From: Nemertoderma westbladi
Taxonomy: Eukaryota; Animalia; Xenacoelomorpha
Assembly: GCA_032718475.1 (NCBI GenBank)
Contig: JAUCBJ010007690.1
Location: 4,373 to 68,372, forward strand
DNA: 64,000 bases
Direction: 5' to 3'
The notes beneath the pieces were generated by a model. The model had not been told where the DNA came from, did not search any database, and saw nothing but the letters and a program-made list of their open reading frames with translations. The stretch's first letter is position 1. Every line of letters begins with the position of its first letter. Position numbers and translations under genes: made by a program. Positions 44,601 through 57,269 of the stretch are shown piece by piece.

Positions 44601-47600
44601 TTCAGGTATTGATTCATTATAACATTGCATATGCATAATTAATTCAGGTATTGATTCATTGTAACATTGCATAATTAATTCTGGTATTGATTCATTATAA
44701 CATTGCATATGCATAATTAATTCAGGTATTGATTCATTATAACATTGCATAATAATTAATTCAGGCATTGATTCAATATAACATTGCATAATTAATTCAG
44801 GTATTGATTCATTGTAACATTGCATAATTAATTCTGGTATTGATTCATTGTAACATTGTATAATAATTAATTCAGGTATTGTTTCATAATAAGATTGAAA
44901 AATTAATTCAGATATTGATTCATTGTAACAATGCATAATAATTAATTCAGGTATTGATTCATTGTAACATTGCATAATAATTAATTCAGGTGTTTATTCA
45001 TTATAACATTGCATAATTAATTCAGGTATTGATTCATTATAACTTTGCATATGCATAATTAATTCAGGTATTGATTCATTATAACATTGCATAGTTAATT
45101 CAGGTATTGATTCATTGTAACATTGCATAATTAATTCTGGTATTGATTCATTATAACATTGCATATGCATAATTAATTCAGGTATTGATTCATTATAACA
45201 TTGCATAATAATTAATTCAGGCATTGATTCAATATAACATTGCATAATTAATTCAGGTATTGATTCATTGTAACATTGCATAATTAATTCTGGTATTGAT
45301 TCATTGTAACATTGTATAATAATTAATTCAGGTATTGTTTCATAATAAGATTGAAAAATTAATTCAGATATTGATTCATTGTAACAATGCATAATAATTA
45401 ATTCAGGTATTGATTCATTGTAACATTGCATAATAATTAATTCAGGTGTTTATTCATTATAACATTGCATAATTAATTCAGGTATTGATTCATTATAACA
45501 TTGCATATGCATAATTAATTCAGGTATTGATTCATTATAACATTGCATATGCATAATTAATTCAGGTATTGATTCATTATAACATTGCATAATTAATTCA
45601 GGTATTGATTCATTGTAACATTGCATAATTAATTCAGGCATTGATTCATTATAACATTGCATATGCATAATTAATTCAGGTATTGATTCATTATAACATT
45701 GCATAATTAATTCAGGTATTGATTCATTATAACATTGCATAATTAATTCAGGTATTGATTCATTGTAACATTGCATAATTAATTCAGGTATTGATTCATT
45801 ATAACATTGCATATGCATAATTAATTCAGGTATTGATTCATTATAACATTGCATAATTAATTCAGGTATTGATTCATTATAACATTGCATAATTAATTCT
45901 GGTATTGATTCATTGTAACATTGCATAATTAATTCAGGTATTGATTCATTATAACATTGCATAATTAATTCAGGTATTGATTCATTATAACATTGCATAT
46001 GCATAATTAATTCAGGTATTGATTCATTATAACATTGCATAATTAATTCAGGTATTGATTCATTGTAACATTGCATAATTAATTCAGGTATTGATTCATT
46101 GTAACATTGCATAATTAATTCTGGTATTGATTCATTGTAACATTGTATAATAATTAATTCAGGTATTGATTCATTATAACATTGCATATGCATAATTAAT
46201 TCAGGTATTGATTCATTATAACATTGCATAATTAATTCAGGTATTGATTCATTATAACATTGCATAATTAATTCAGGTATTGATTCATTGTAACATTGCA
46301 TAATTAATTCTGGTATTGATTCATTGTAACATTGTATAATAATTAATTCAGGTATTGTTTCATAATAAGATTGAAAAATTAATTCAGATATTGATTCATT
46401 GTAACAATGCATAATAATTAATTCAGGTATTGATTCATTGTAACATTGCATAATTAATTCAGGTATTGATTCATTATAACATTGCATATGCATAATTAAT
46501 TCAGGTATTGATTCATTATAACATTGCATAGTTAATTCAGGTATTGATTCATTGTAACATTGCATAATTAATTCTGGTATTGATTCATTATAACATTGCA
46601 TATGCATAATTAATTCAGGTATTGATTCATTATAACATTGCATAATAATTAATTCAGGCATTGATTCAATATAACATTGCATAATTAATTCAGGTATTGA
46701 TTCATTGTAACATTGCATAATTAATTCTGGTATTGATTCATTGTAACATTGTATAATAATTAATTCAGGTATTGTTTCATAATAAGATTGAAAAATTAAT
46801 TCAGATATTGATTCATTGTAACAATGCATAATAATTAATTCAGGTATTGATTCATTGTAACATTGCATAATAATTAATTCAGGTGTTTATTCATTATAAC
46901 ATTGCATAATTAATTCAGGTATTGATTCATTATAACATTGCATAATTAATTCAGGTATTGATTCATTGTAACATTGCATAATTAATTCAGGTATTGATTC
47001 ATTATAACATTGCATATGCATAATTAATTCAGGTATTGATTCATTATAACATTGCATAATTAATTCAGGTATTGATTCATTGTAACATTGCATAATTAAT
47101 TCAGGCATTGATTCATTATAACATTGCATATGCATAATTAATTCAGGTATTGATTCATTATAACATTGCATAATTAATTCAGGTATTGATTCATTATAAC
47201 ATTGCATAATTAATTCAGGTATTGATTCATTGTAACATTGCATAATTAATTCAGGTATTGATTCATTATAACATTGCATATGCATAATTAATTCAGGTAT
47301 TGATTCATTATAACATTGCATAATTAATTCAGGTATTGATTCATTATAACATTGCATAATTAATTCTGGTATTGATTCATTGTAACATTGCATAATTAAT
47401 TCAGGTATTGATTCATTATAACATTGCATATGCATAATTAATTCAGGTATTGATTCATTATAACATTGCATAATTAATTCAGGTATTGATTCATTATAAC
47501 ATTGCATAATTAATTCAGGTATTGATTCATTATAACATTGCATATGCATAATTAATTCAGGTATTGATTCATTGTAACATTGCATAATTAATTCAGGCAT

Positions 47601-50600
47601 TGATTCATTATAACATTGCATATGCATAATTAATTCAGATATTGATTCATTATAACATTGCATAATTAATTCAGGTATTGATTCATTGTAACATTGCATA
47701 ATTAATTCAGATATTGATTCATTATAACATTGCATAATTAATTCAGGTATTGATTCATTATAACATTGCATAATTAATTCAGGTATTGATTCATTGTAAC
47801 ATTGCATAATTAATTCAGGTATTGATTCATTATAACATTGCATAATTAATTCTGGTATTGATTCATTGTAACATTGCATAATTAATTCAGGTATTGATTC
47901 ATTATAACATTGCATATGCATAATTAATTCAGGTATTGATTCATTATAACATTGCATAATTAATTCAGGTATTGATTCATTATAACATTGCATAATTAAT
48001 TCAGGTATTGATTCATTATAACATTGCATATGCATAATTAATTCAGGTATTGATTCATTGTAACATTGCATAATTAATTCAGGCATTGATTCATTATAAC
48101 ATTGCATATGCATAATTAATTCAGATATTGATTCATTATAACATTGCATAATTAATTCAGGTATTGATTCATTATAACATTGCATAATTAATTCAGGTAT
48201 TGATTCATTGTAACATTGCATAATTAATTCAGGTATTGATTCATTATAACATTGCATAATTAATTCAGGTATTGATTCATTATAACATTGCATATGCATA
48301 ATTAATTCAGGTATTGATTCATTATAACATTGCATAATTAATTCAGGTATTGATTCATTATAACATTGCATAATTAATTCTGGTATTGATTCATTGTAAC
48401 ATTGCATAATTAATTCAGGTATTGATTCATTATAACATTGCATATGCATAATTAATTCAGGTATTGATTCATTATAACATTGCATAATTAATTCAGGTAT
48501 TGATTCATTATAACATTGCATAATTAATTCAGGTATTGATTCATTATAACATTGCATATGCATAATTAATTCAGGTATTGATTCATTATAACATTGCATA
48601 ATTAATTCAGGTATTGATTCATTGTAACATTGCATAATTAATTCAGGTATTGATTCATTATAACATTGCATATGCATAATTAATTCAGGTATTGATTCAT
48701 TATAACATTGCATAATTAATTCAGGTATTGATTCATTATAACATTGCATAATTAATTCAGGTATTGATTCATTATAACATTGCATAATTAATTCAGGTAT
48801 TGATTCATTGTAACATTGCATAATAATTAATTCTGGTATTGATTCATTATAACATTGCATATGCATAATTAATTCAGGTATTGATTCATTATAACATTGC
48901 ATAATTAATTCAGGTTTTGATTCATTATAACATTGCATAATTAATTCAGGTATTGATTCATTGTAACATTGCATAATTAATTCTGGTATTGATTCATTAT
49001 AACATTGCATAATTAATTCCTGTATTGATTCATTGTAACATTGCATAATTAATTCAGGTATTGATTCATTATAACATTGCATATGCATAATTAATTCAGG
49101 TATTGATTCATTATAACATTGCATAATTAATTCAGGTATTGATTCATTATAACATTGCATAATTAATTCTGGTTTTGATTCATTATAACATTGCATAATT
49201 AATTCAGGTATTGATTCATTATAACATTGCATAATAATTAATTCAGGCATTGATTCAATATAACATTGTATAATTAATTCAGGTATTGATTCATTGTAAC
49301 ATTGCATTATTAATTCTGGTATTGATTCATTATAACATTGCATATGCATAATTAATTCGGGTATTGATTCATTGTAACATTGCATAATTAATTCTGGTAT
49401 TGATTCATTATAACATTGCATATGCATAATTAATTCAGGTATTGATTCATTATAACATTGCATAATTAATTCAGGTATTGATTCATTGTAACATTGCATA
49501 ATTAATTCAGGTATTGATTCATTGTAACATTGCATAATTAATTCTGGTATTGATTCATTATAACATTGCATATGCATAATTAATTCAGGTATTGATTCAT
49601 TATAACATTGCATAATTAATTCAGGCATTGATTCAATATAACATTGCATAATTAATTCAGGTATTGATTCATTATAACATTGCATATGCATAATTAATTC
49701 AGGTATTGATTCATTATAACATTGCATAATTAATTCAGGTATTGATTCATTATAACATTGCATAATTAATTCAGGTATTGATTCATTATAACATTGCATA
49801 ATTAATTCAGGTATTGATTCATTGTAACATTGCATAATAATTAATTCTGGTATTGATTCATTATAACAATGCATATGCATAATTAATTCAGGTATTGATT
49901 CATTATAACATTGCATAATTAATTCAGGTTTTGATTCATTATAACATTGCATAATTAATTCAGGTATTGATTCATTGTAACATTGCATAATTAATTCTGG
50001 TATTGATTCATTATAACATTGCATATGCATAATTAATTCAGGTATTGATTCATTATAACATTGCATAATAATTAATTCAGGCATTGATTCAATATAACAT
50101 TGTATAATTAATTCAGGTATTGATTCATTGTAACATTGCATTATTAATTCTGGTATTGATTCATTATAACATTGCATATGCATAATTAATTCAGGTATTG
50201 ATTCATTGTAACATTGCATAATTATTTCTGGTATTGATTCATTATAACATTGCATATGCATAATTAATTCAGGTATTGATTCATTATAACATTGCATAAT
50301 TAATTCAGGTATTGATTCATTGTAACATTGCATAATTAATTCAGGTATTGATTCATTGTAACATTGCATAATTAATTCTGGTATTGATTCATTATAACAT
50401 TGCATATGCAAAATTAATTCAGGTATTGATTCATTATAACATTGCATAATTAATTCAGGTATTGATTCATTATAACATTGCATAATTAATTCAGGTATTG
50501 ATTCATTATAACATTGCATAATTAATTCAGGTATTGATTCATTATAACATTGCATAATTAATTCAGGTATTGATTCATTGTAACATTGCATAATTAATTC

Positions 50601-52670
50601 AGGTATTGATTCATTATAACATTGCATAATTAATTCAGGTATTGATTCATTATAACATTGCATAATTAATTCAGGCATTGATTCAATATAACATTGCATA
50701 ATTAATTCAGGTATTGATTCATTGTAACATTGCATAATTAATTCTGGTATTGATTCATTATAACATTGCATATGCATAATTAATTCAGGTATTGATTCAT
50801 TATAACATTGCATAATAATTAATTCAGGCATTGATTCAATATAACATTGCATAATTAATTCAGGCATTGATTCAATATAACATTGCATAATTAATTCAGG
50901 TATTGATTCATTATAACATTGCATAATTAATTCAGGTATTGATTCATTGTAACATTGCATAATTAAATCAGGTATTGATTCATTATAACATTGCATAATT
51001 AATTCAGGCATTGATTCATTGTAACATTGCATAATTAATTCAGGTATTGATTCATTATAACATTGCATAATTAATTCAGGCATTGATTCATTGTAACATT
51101 GCATAATTAATTCAGGTATTGATTCATTATAACATTGCATAATTAATTCAGGTATTGATTCATTATAACATTGCATAATTAATTCAGGTATTGATTCATT
51201 GTAACATTGCATAATTAATTCTGGTATTGATTCATTGTAACATTGCATAATTAAATCAGGTATTGATTCATTGTAACATTGCATAATTAATTCAGGTATT
51301 GATTCATTGTAACATTGCATAATTAAATCAGGTATTGATTCATTGTAACATTGCATAATTAATTCAGGTATTGATTTATTGTAACATTGCATAATTAATT
51401 CAGGTATTGATTCATTATAACATTGCATAATTAATTCAGGTATTGATTCATTGTAACATTGCATAATTAATTCAGGTATTGATTCATTGTAACATTGCAT
51501 AATTAATTCTGGTATTGATTCATTATTACATTGCATAATAATTAATTCTGGCATTGATTCATTGTAACATTGCATAATTAATTCAGGTATTGATTCATTG
51601 TAACATTGCATAATTAATTCAGGTTTTGATTCATTGTAACATTGTATAATAATTAATTCAGGTATTGATTCATTGTAACATTGTATAATAATTAATTCAG
51701 GTATTGATTCATTGTAACATTGTATAATAATTAATTCAGGTATTGATTCATTATTACATTGCATAATAATTAATTCTGGCATTGATTCATTGTAACATTG
51801 CATAATTAATTCAGGTATTGATTCATTATAACATTGCATAATTAATTCAGGTATTGATTCATTGTAACATTGCATAATTAATTCAGGTTTTGATTCATTG
51901 TAACATTGCATAATTAATTCTGGTATTGATTCATTATTACATTGCATAATAATTAATTCTGGCATTGATTCATTGTAACATTGCATAATTAATTCAGGTA
52001 TTGATTCATTATAACATTGCATAATTAATTCAGGTATTGATTCATTGTAACATTGCATAATTAATTCAGGTTTTGATTCATTGTAACATTGCATAATTAA
52101 TTCTGGTATTGATTCATTATTACATTGCATAATAATTAATTCTGGCATTGATTCATTGTAACATTGCATAATTAATTCAGGTATTGATTCATTGTAACAT
52201 TGCATAATTAATTCAGGTATTGATTCATTATAACATTGCATAATTAATTCAGGTATTGATTCATTGTAACATTGTATAATTAATTCAGGTATTGATTCAT
52301 TATAACATTGCATATGCATACTTAATTCAGGTATTGATTCATGGTAACATTGCATAATTAATTCAGGTATTGATTCATTATAACATTGCATAATTAATTC
52401 AGGTATTGATTCATTGTAACATTGCATAATTAATTCAGGTATTGATTCATTATAACATTGCATAATAATTAATTCTGGTATTGATTCATTGTAACATTGC
52501 ACAATAATTACTTCAGGTATTGATTCATTTATATCATTGAAAAATTAATTCAGGTATTGATTCATTGTAACAATGCATAATAATTAATTCAGGTATTGAT
52601 TCATTTATATCATTGAAAAATTAATTCAGGTATTGATTCATTATATCATTGCATAAATTATTCTGATAAT
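23620..52670. repeat. 36/39/42-bp satellite, right segment ending in degenerate monomers
   Basis: Same monomer plus a frequent 42-bp variant TTGCATATGCATAATT (first seen at ~24466). The last recognisable monomer is GCATAAATTATTCTGATAAT at ~52651-52670. Confidence 0.99.
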
Positions 52671-52673
52671 AGA

Positions 52674-53225
52674 TACTTTTAGAGTGACAGATTTGCTTTG
52701 TGTCGTCTAATTCCTTCCATCACCATAATAACCAATAAGTTCACATGTGTAGTAGTAGTTCCTATTATGTAATGCAGCCAAAGAGTTTAAAGCATATGAA
52801 ACGTTCTTCAACCCAATCAAAGGTATTCAAACTTGTATCACCATCGCGGGCCTCCCATTTTCACCTTTTTCAATCTCCCCAGAAGAATATTCAACAGTAA
52901 TTTTACATGTTTCAACTTCTATGGCAATGCCCGTCGCTATACAATGAAATTCCTTGTTATCATCATAACGTGTTACATTTTTTATTAATTGTACGACTGG
53001 TGGATCGTTAAATACCCAACTCCATGTATGGTCTTCCTCGGGTATATTAACTTCAAAAGGTATAAGATCTCTATCCGTACATCCAATTTTACCCAAATCA
53101 TTTTCTTTATAAGTACAATTTGCTGGTTCACAGTAACAATATCTTTTATATCCATCCGCAGTAACAGTATCACTAATAGCAGCTGTGGCTAACGCTAACA
53201 ACGCCAGTAGTATGCTTGAGTTCAT
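52674..53225 (-). pseudogene. Secreted/cell-surface immunoglobulin-superfamily-like gene with two in-frame stops (or a 132-aa single-domain secreted protein ending at 52827)
   Basis: ATG at 53225, signal peptide MNSSILLALLALATAAIS, and an Ig-like pattern C...W...LIKNVTRYDDNKEFHCIA...ITVEY. The same frame continues past TGA (52829-52827) and TAG (52709-52707) as ...LHNRNYYYTCELIG...*TTQSKSVTLKV. Confidence 0.65.
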
Positions 53226-54564
53226 AGTCAATGTGCTCTGTGTAATAAATTTTCGCGAATGTTACATTTACAGTTGCCCCAATTTCCAAAGGAGTTGGTA
53301 ATCTATATTTCTAACAATAAAGTTTATGGTATGCAATGTCCTGAATAAATACTATTTTAATATTTCCTTTTTAATAAAGCCGTTGGTTCAAATATTTTTG
53401 TGGATATGATTCGTTGTTCATTAAATTTGATATAACCATAACCGGTGTTGTTATAAAAGTAGATATAGCTTTACGGTGGCTAATGTTTTTATACCAAAAT
53501 GTACCAAAATTGCACAAAAAATACCAAAATGAAGCATTATGTTATTCACTCTATCAATACATTTTTGTGTTTAAAAACATTACATTTAAAAATATTTTAA
53601 AAGAACCCCCCATTTAGAAAAATGTCAAAAAAATGTAATGGAATTTAATGGAGATAATATATAATTAAATGGAGATTTCAAATCTGCATGCAATTTTCTG
53701 ATTTATTTTCTCAAACAAACTCAAGTTATTACCCAAATCGTAAGAGCTAGTTTGATTTTTGACACGCCTTCAAGCAGCACGATGTTTTAAATTGAATAAG
53801 GCCATTTTCATAACAAAAAGTTCTCAGGGTGCAGATGTGATTAATATTGCTAAAAAGTTGTTTTATTAGTTATATTTTTAGCAAGGATGAAAAATTTCAT
53901 TGAATTTCATTCATTTTTGATAAAGTTACTTTTGAACAGAAAAATTGTATTATCTAAAATACCGGGATGTTTGAATCGTTCCTTAAACTTTATACACCTA
54001 CTGTATTAGTATCTCTATCCTTTTTTCATGGAATAGTCTATTTATCCGCTAATTTTTACTGAAATGAGTGGAAATTTTGTACAATTGTTTAGAATACCTT
54101 CGTCCAGAAGTCTTGTAAACAAATGATGCACCAAATGCTCTGGAGCCTTTTTAGTGAAAAAAAAATCAGTTCCTATTTGACGATCTCATGTGAGAAACAA
54201 GTTGTCGGATATTGGGTTTATCAAATTTAATAGAATAATTACTGTATTTTTGTACAGTTTTACTTACAGCTCTACAAAATAATAACCAGATAGATGACCA
54301 ATCGACAATACAAATATAGTCGACAGTAGGGGGGCCTTTATGTGCTGGACAAATAAATACTTTAGGAATATGCCGAGACATCGACTAAAGTATGTATCAA
54401 TACATGTATCAATCTGTATTAAGGCGGACATGTACTGTACAGTAGAGTATTCCAGAGTTGTATCACCTTGGTTGCACTTGTCACGAGTGATTCATTACTT
54501 AACAAATATAAGATATTTATCAATCTTATTGATATAACAGGAAAAAAAAATTGTAAAATTTACA

Positions 54565-54616
54565 GACGTTCAAGGCCGACGTTCAAAGCCGAAGTTCAAA
54601 GCCGCCATTCAAGGCT
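54565..54616. repeat. 13-bp minisatellite, ~4 copies
   Basis: GACGTTCAAGGCC GACGTTCAAAGCC GAAGTTCAAAGCC GCCATTCAAGGCT. Confidence 0.8.
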
Positions 54617-55694
54617 CATTTTCATAAGGAGGTAAACGTTGATTAAGCGGATAGCTGACAGCTATAATAATATTAACGTAGCAACGTATTTCCGCAAACA
54701 GATAAATCTGCCTAGTCGCGTTTTGGTAAACATTGTGTAACTGTGAATAAAGTAGGTAGCCAATGCGTAGTTAATACTGTACAATTTATTATCATGTGGA
54801 ACATCTGTGTAATGTCTTTATCATGATATGTAAGTGGGTTCCACGTGGCCCATGACACTGACCCCGTCCCATGAGTGGCTTAATAGGCCTATCTAACTAC
54901 CTGTAGACATAATGATAATGTGTGTGAGATGGTATATAGACCCAGAGGTGAGATACTTCTTACCATAATGCTCTTTATCGTAGATTAGATAACAAACAAA
55001 TAGAATAAATACGTAGTTTTGGTTTAAATTCACTTTCAAATTATTTTAGTTCATATCATGTTGTTACCGTCAATCCTAAATCAACCCGCGTATGGATGGA
55101 CGCCGACGTAAGCCAGCGATGACGTCACCTAACTTCCCCGAACTAGTCACCGGATTATTGTGAATGGGGAGAATTTTAACTGTAATGCAGATCATAAGAA
55201 AACAAAGCATTGCATTGGTTGGACATCAATTTATTCCTCTGTGGTGGTTCTTTGTATACAATCTGTTCATATAATTTGTTCTACAAACGATCTGATTCAG
55301 AACTTATGGGCTTCCCCACTACAAAAATAACACAAAATATTCACAAATGAGTCAAATAAACTTATTCTACAAATAACAATATCAAAATTTACTTTATAGG
55401 ATTGCTGACTTTACTTTACAAGATTTTCGACTACTCTAGCTAATTTTGATACCCATCTGTCCGGCCAGTGTCATATTGCCAGTCGTGTCAGGCGCGTGTC
55501 AACCGCTACGAATGAGTTTTGAGTCCTTTCCAGGTTCGTAGTAACTCCAGAGACAGCAGACCGATCGGGCAAGATTTGCAGATTGCGGATAGTGTGGGAC
55601 AAATTGTACTGAATTCACACAATATATGTAATAGAGAATCTCGAGTACTGCGGGGCAGAGAAACGGGGGCATTGTTCAGACCCACAGTTGGTAC

Positions 55695-56683
55695 CAAGGT
55701 GTACTAAATAACAGGTCATGTAGCGAGCGGATTGCTGAAATTATGCTACTTTGTTAGGTGGATATGATGACTAGGGTTCATAGAAATGTAATAAAATGTC
55801 TTTCTGGAATTTTTATCTTGTAGTTGCCAAGGTAACCGGGTGCAAAGTTCAAACTTTGCGCGCCTGTATTTCAAGGTGGCAAAGGATTCTTCCCTTGAGA
55901 TTTGGTAGGTGATTAAAGGAAATAAAAGTCTATCAAAATATTTTACATTTGAATTTGTTTACATTCCCGTAGCCATGGAAATAAGTATAATGAAAAATTT
56001 GAAAAATTGTCTACCAATTCTATAAAACACCATTTTTATTCGGTTTGTCAGTCTAAATAATAAGTTAAAATTGCCAAAATTGTATTTTATAATTCGTCAA
56101 TTGTGAATCATATTTTTAAAAGCCTATATTTGCCAATAAACTAAACTGTCCAATCAGAGAGCAAGACCTGTGATAGCATGATTTTGACATTCCAGAATAT
56201 TAAATTTCGGTTAGCAATTATTAGAAATAAAGGACAGCCACCAGACATGTTTGTTGAAATTTATATAACTTGTAAATAGTAGCCCAATTTCTATCCGGCG
56301 GTCACAATGGGAAATTATCGTAATTCCCGTCACCATGGAAACGGGATTGAAAAAAATTTAAATGTAAAATATTTTGGCAGACTTTTATTCCCTTTACTCA
56401 TATACCAAATCTCAAAAACAGAATCCCTTGTCGTCTTGAATTACAGGCGCTCGAAATTTAAACTTTGCACCCGGTTTACCTTGGCAACTACAAGATAAAA
56501 ATTCCAGAAAGACATTTTATTACATTGCTATCAATCCTAGTCATCATATCCACCTAACCAAAGTTGCATAAGAGAGGTTTCTAAGAAAATATTATGAAAA
56601 TAGTGCCATAAATAAGGAAAAGATCGGCCTCCGCTAAGTTCAGGAATCCGCTCGCTGCATGACCTGTTATTTAGTACACCTTG
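55695..56683. mobile_element. Non-autonomous DNA transposon (foldback/MITE, 989 bp), P-superfamily-like
   Basis: Termini CAAGGTGTACTAAATAACAGGTCATG / CATGACCTGTTATTTAGTACACCTTG. Imperfect inverted arms of ~270 bp (right arm has a ~65-bp insert). Perfect 8-bp TSD GTTGGTAC (55687-55694, 56684-56691). Confidence 0.9.
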
Positions 56684-56711
56684 GTTGGTACACACATCCC
56701 GAGTTTCCGGG

Positions 56712-57185
56712 ACATGTCTGTCTTTCTTTTTTTATAACTCTTCACGTATCCTTAGAATGGGTTCAATGATTCCACGACGTTTACGGAACCCATTCTGATT
56801 TCCAAGGAGCAGTCACTCAATGGGATCCCTGATGCAATTTAATAGAATTCTATTGTACAGCTTTGGAGCAATCGAGATCAATAAGATTCTACGAAAAGAT
56901 TCCCAGTGTTTGGTTGCCCTTCTTGGGAACTGGCACAATGCCTGTGCAATGGCGACATACGTGTTGCTCTACTATAGTGTGAAGATGGATCTCACACTAC
57001 TTGTCTGTTGCCATAGAGAGGACAAATCATGCAAGAGATTAACTTTGTGGACAATAAGACGATGACGACTGTGAAGTCTCTAAGAGTAAATCCTGTACAG
57101 TCTAGTACAGAGGTCCTGTATTTCTTACAAAACAGGTTATGGTGTATCTTGCACTTGTGACCACTGCATCCAGTATGTGTCCAGA
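56712..57185 (-). mobile_element. Older, internally deleted relic of the RTE-like element at 59332-62050
   Basis: Diverged blocks match ~60508-60740 (TTTACGGAACCCATTCTGATTTCCA, GCCCTTCTTGGGAACTGGCAC), ~61466-61520 and ~61560-61700. Confidence 0.85.
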
Positions 57186-57269
57186 TCAAGTTGATTTAGT
57201 ATAATAATATTTTAAGAATTCTAAAGGTGATAACTTATATAAACAATCACTAAATATTAATTTTTTTTT

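Noticed and set aside
571-52502. The dozens of (MQCYNESIPELI)n ORFs as individual genes
   Set aside because: They arise automatically from a 36-bp unit with one open frame and an ATG per unit. They have no unique starts or promoters and are kept only as a hypothesis in the findings.
1-52670. CRISPR array (36-bp repeat length)
   Set aside because: Repeats are head-to-tail with no unique spacers or cas genes, and the context is eukaryotic retroelements.
1-52670. Alternative genetic code (TAA=Gln) opening other satellite frames, e.g. plus-strand QHCIINSGIDSL
   Set aside because: Common variants introduce TGA in that frame. The BEL and RTE ORFs contain no in-frame TAA/TAG over long stretches and end at TAG/TAA, consistent with the standard code.
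52503-52830. Direct in-frame fusion of the Ig-like ORF to the repeat ORF
   Set aside because: The Ig frame ends at TAA 52643-52641. The repeat frame is offset by one base and has stops and 37-bp monomers at the junction.
53965-53990. GTTTGAATCGTTCCTTAA as a Kolobok/piggyBac-like terminus
   Set aside because: No matching inverted partner end was found in the window.
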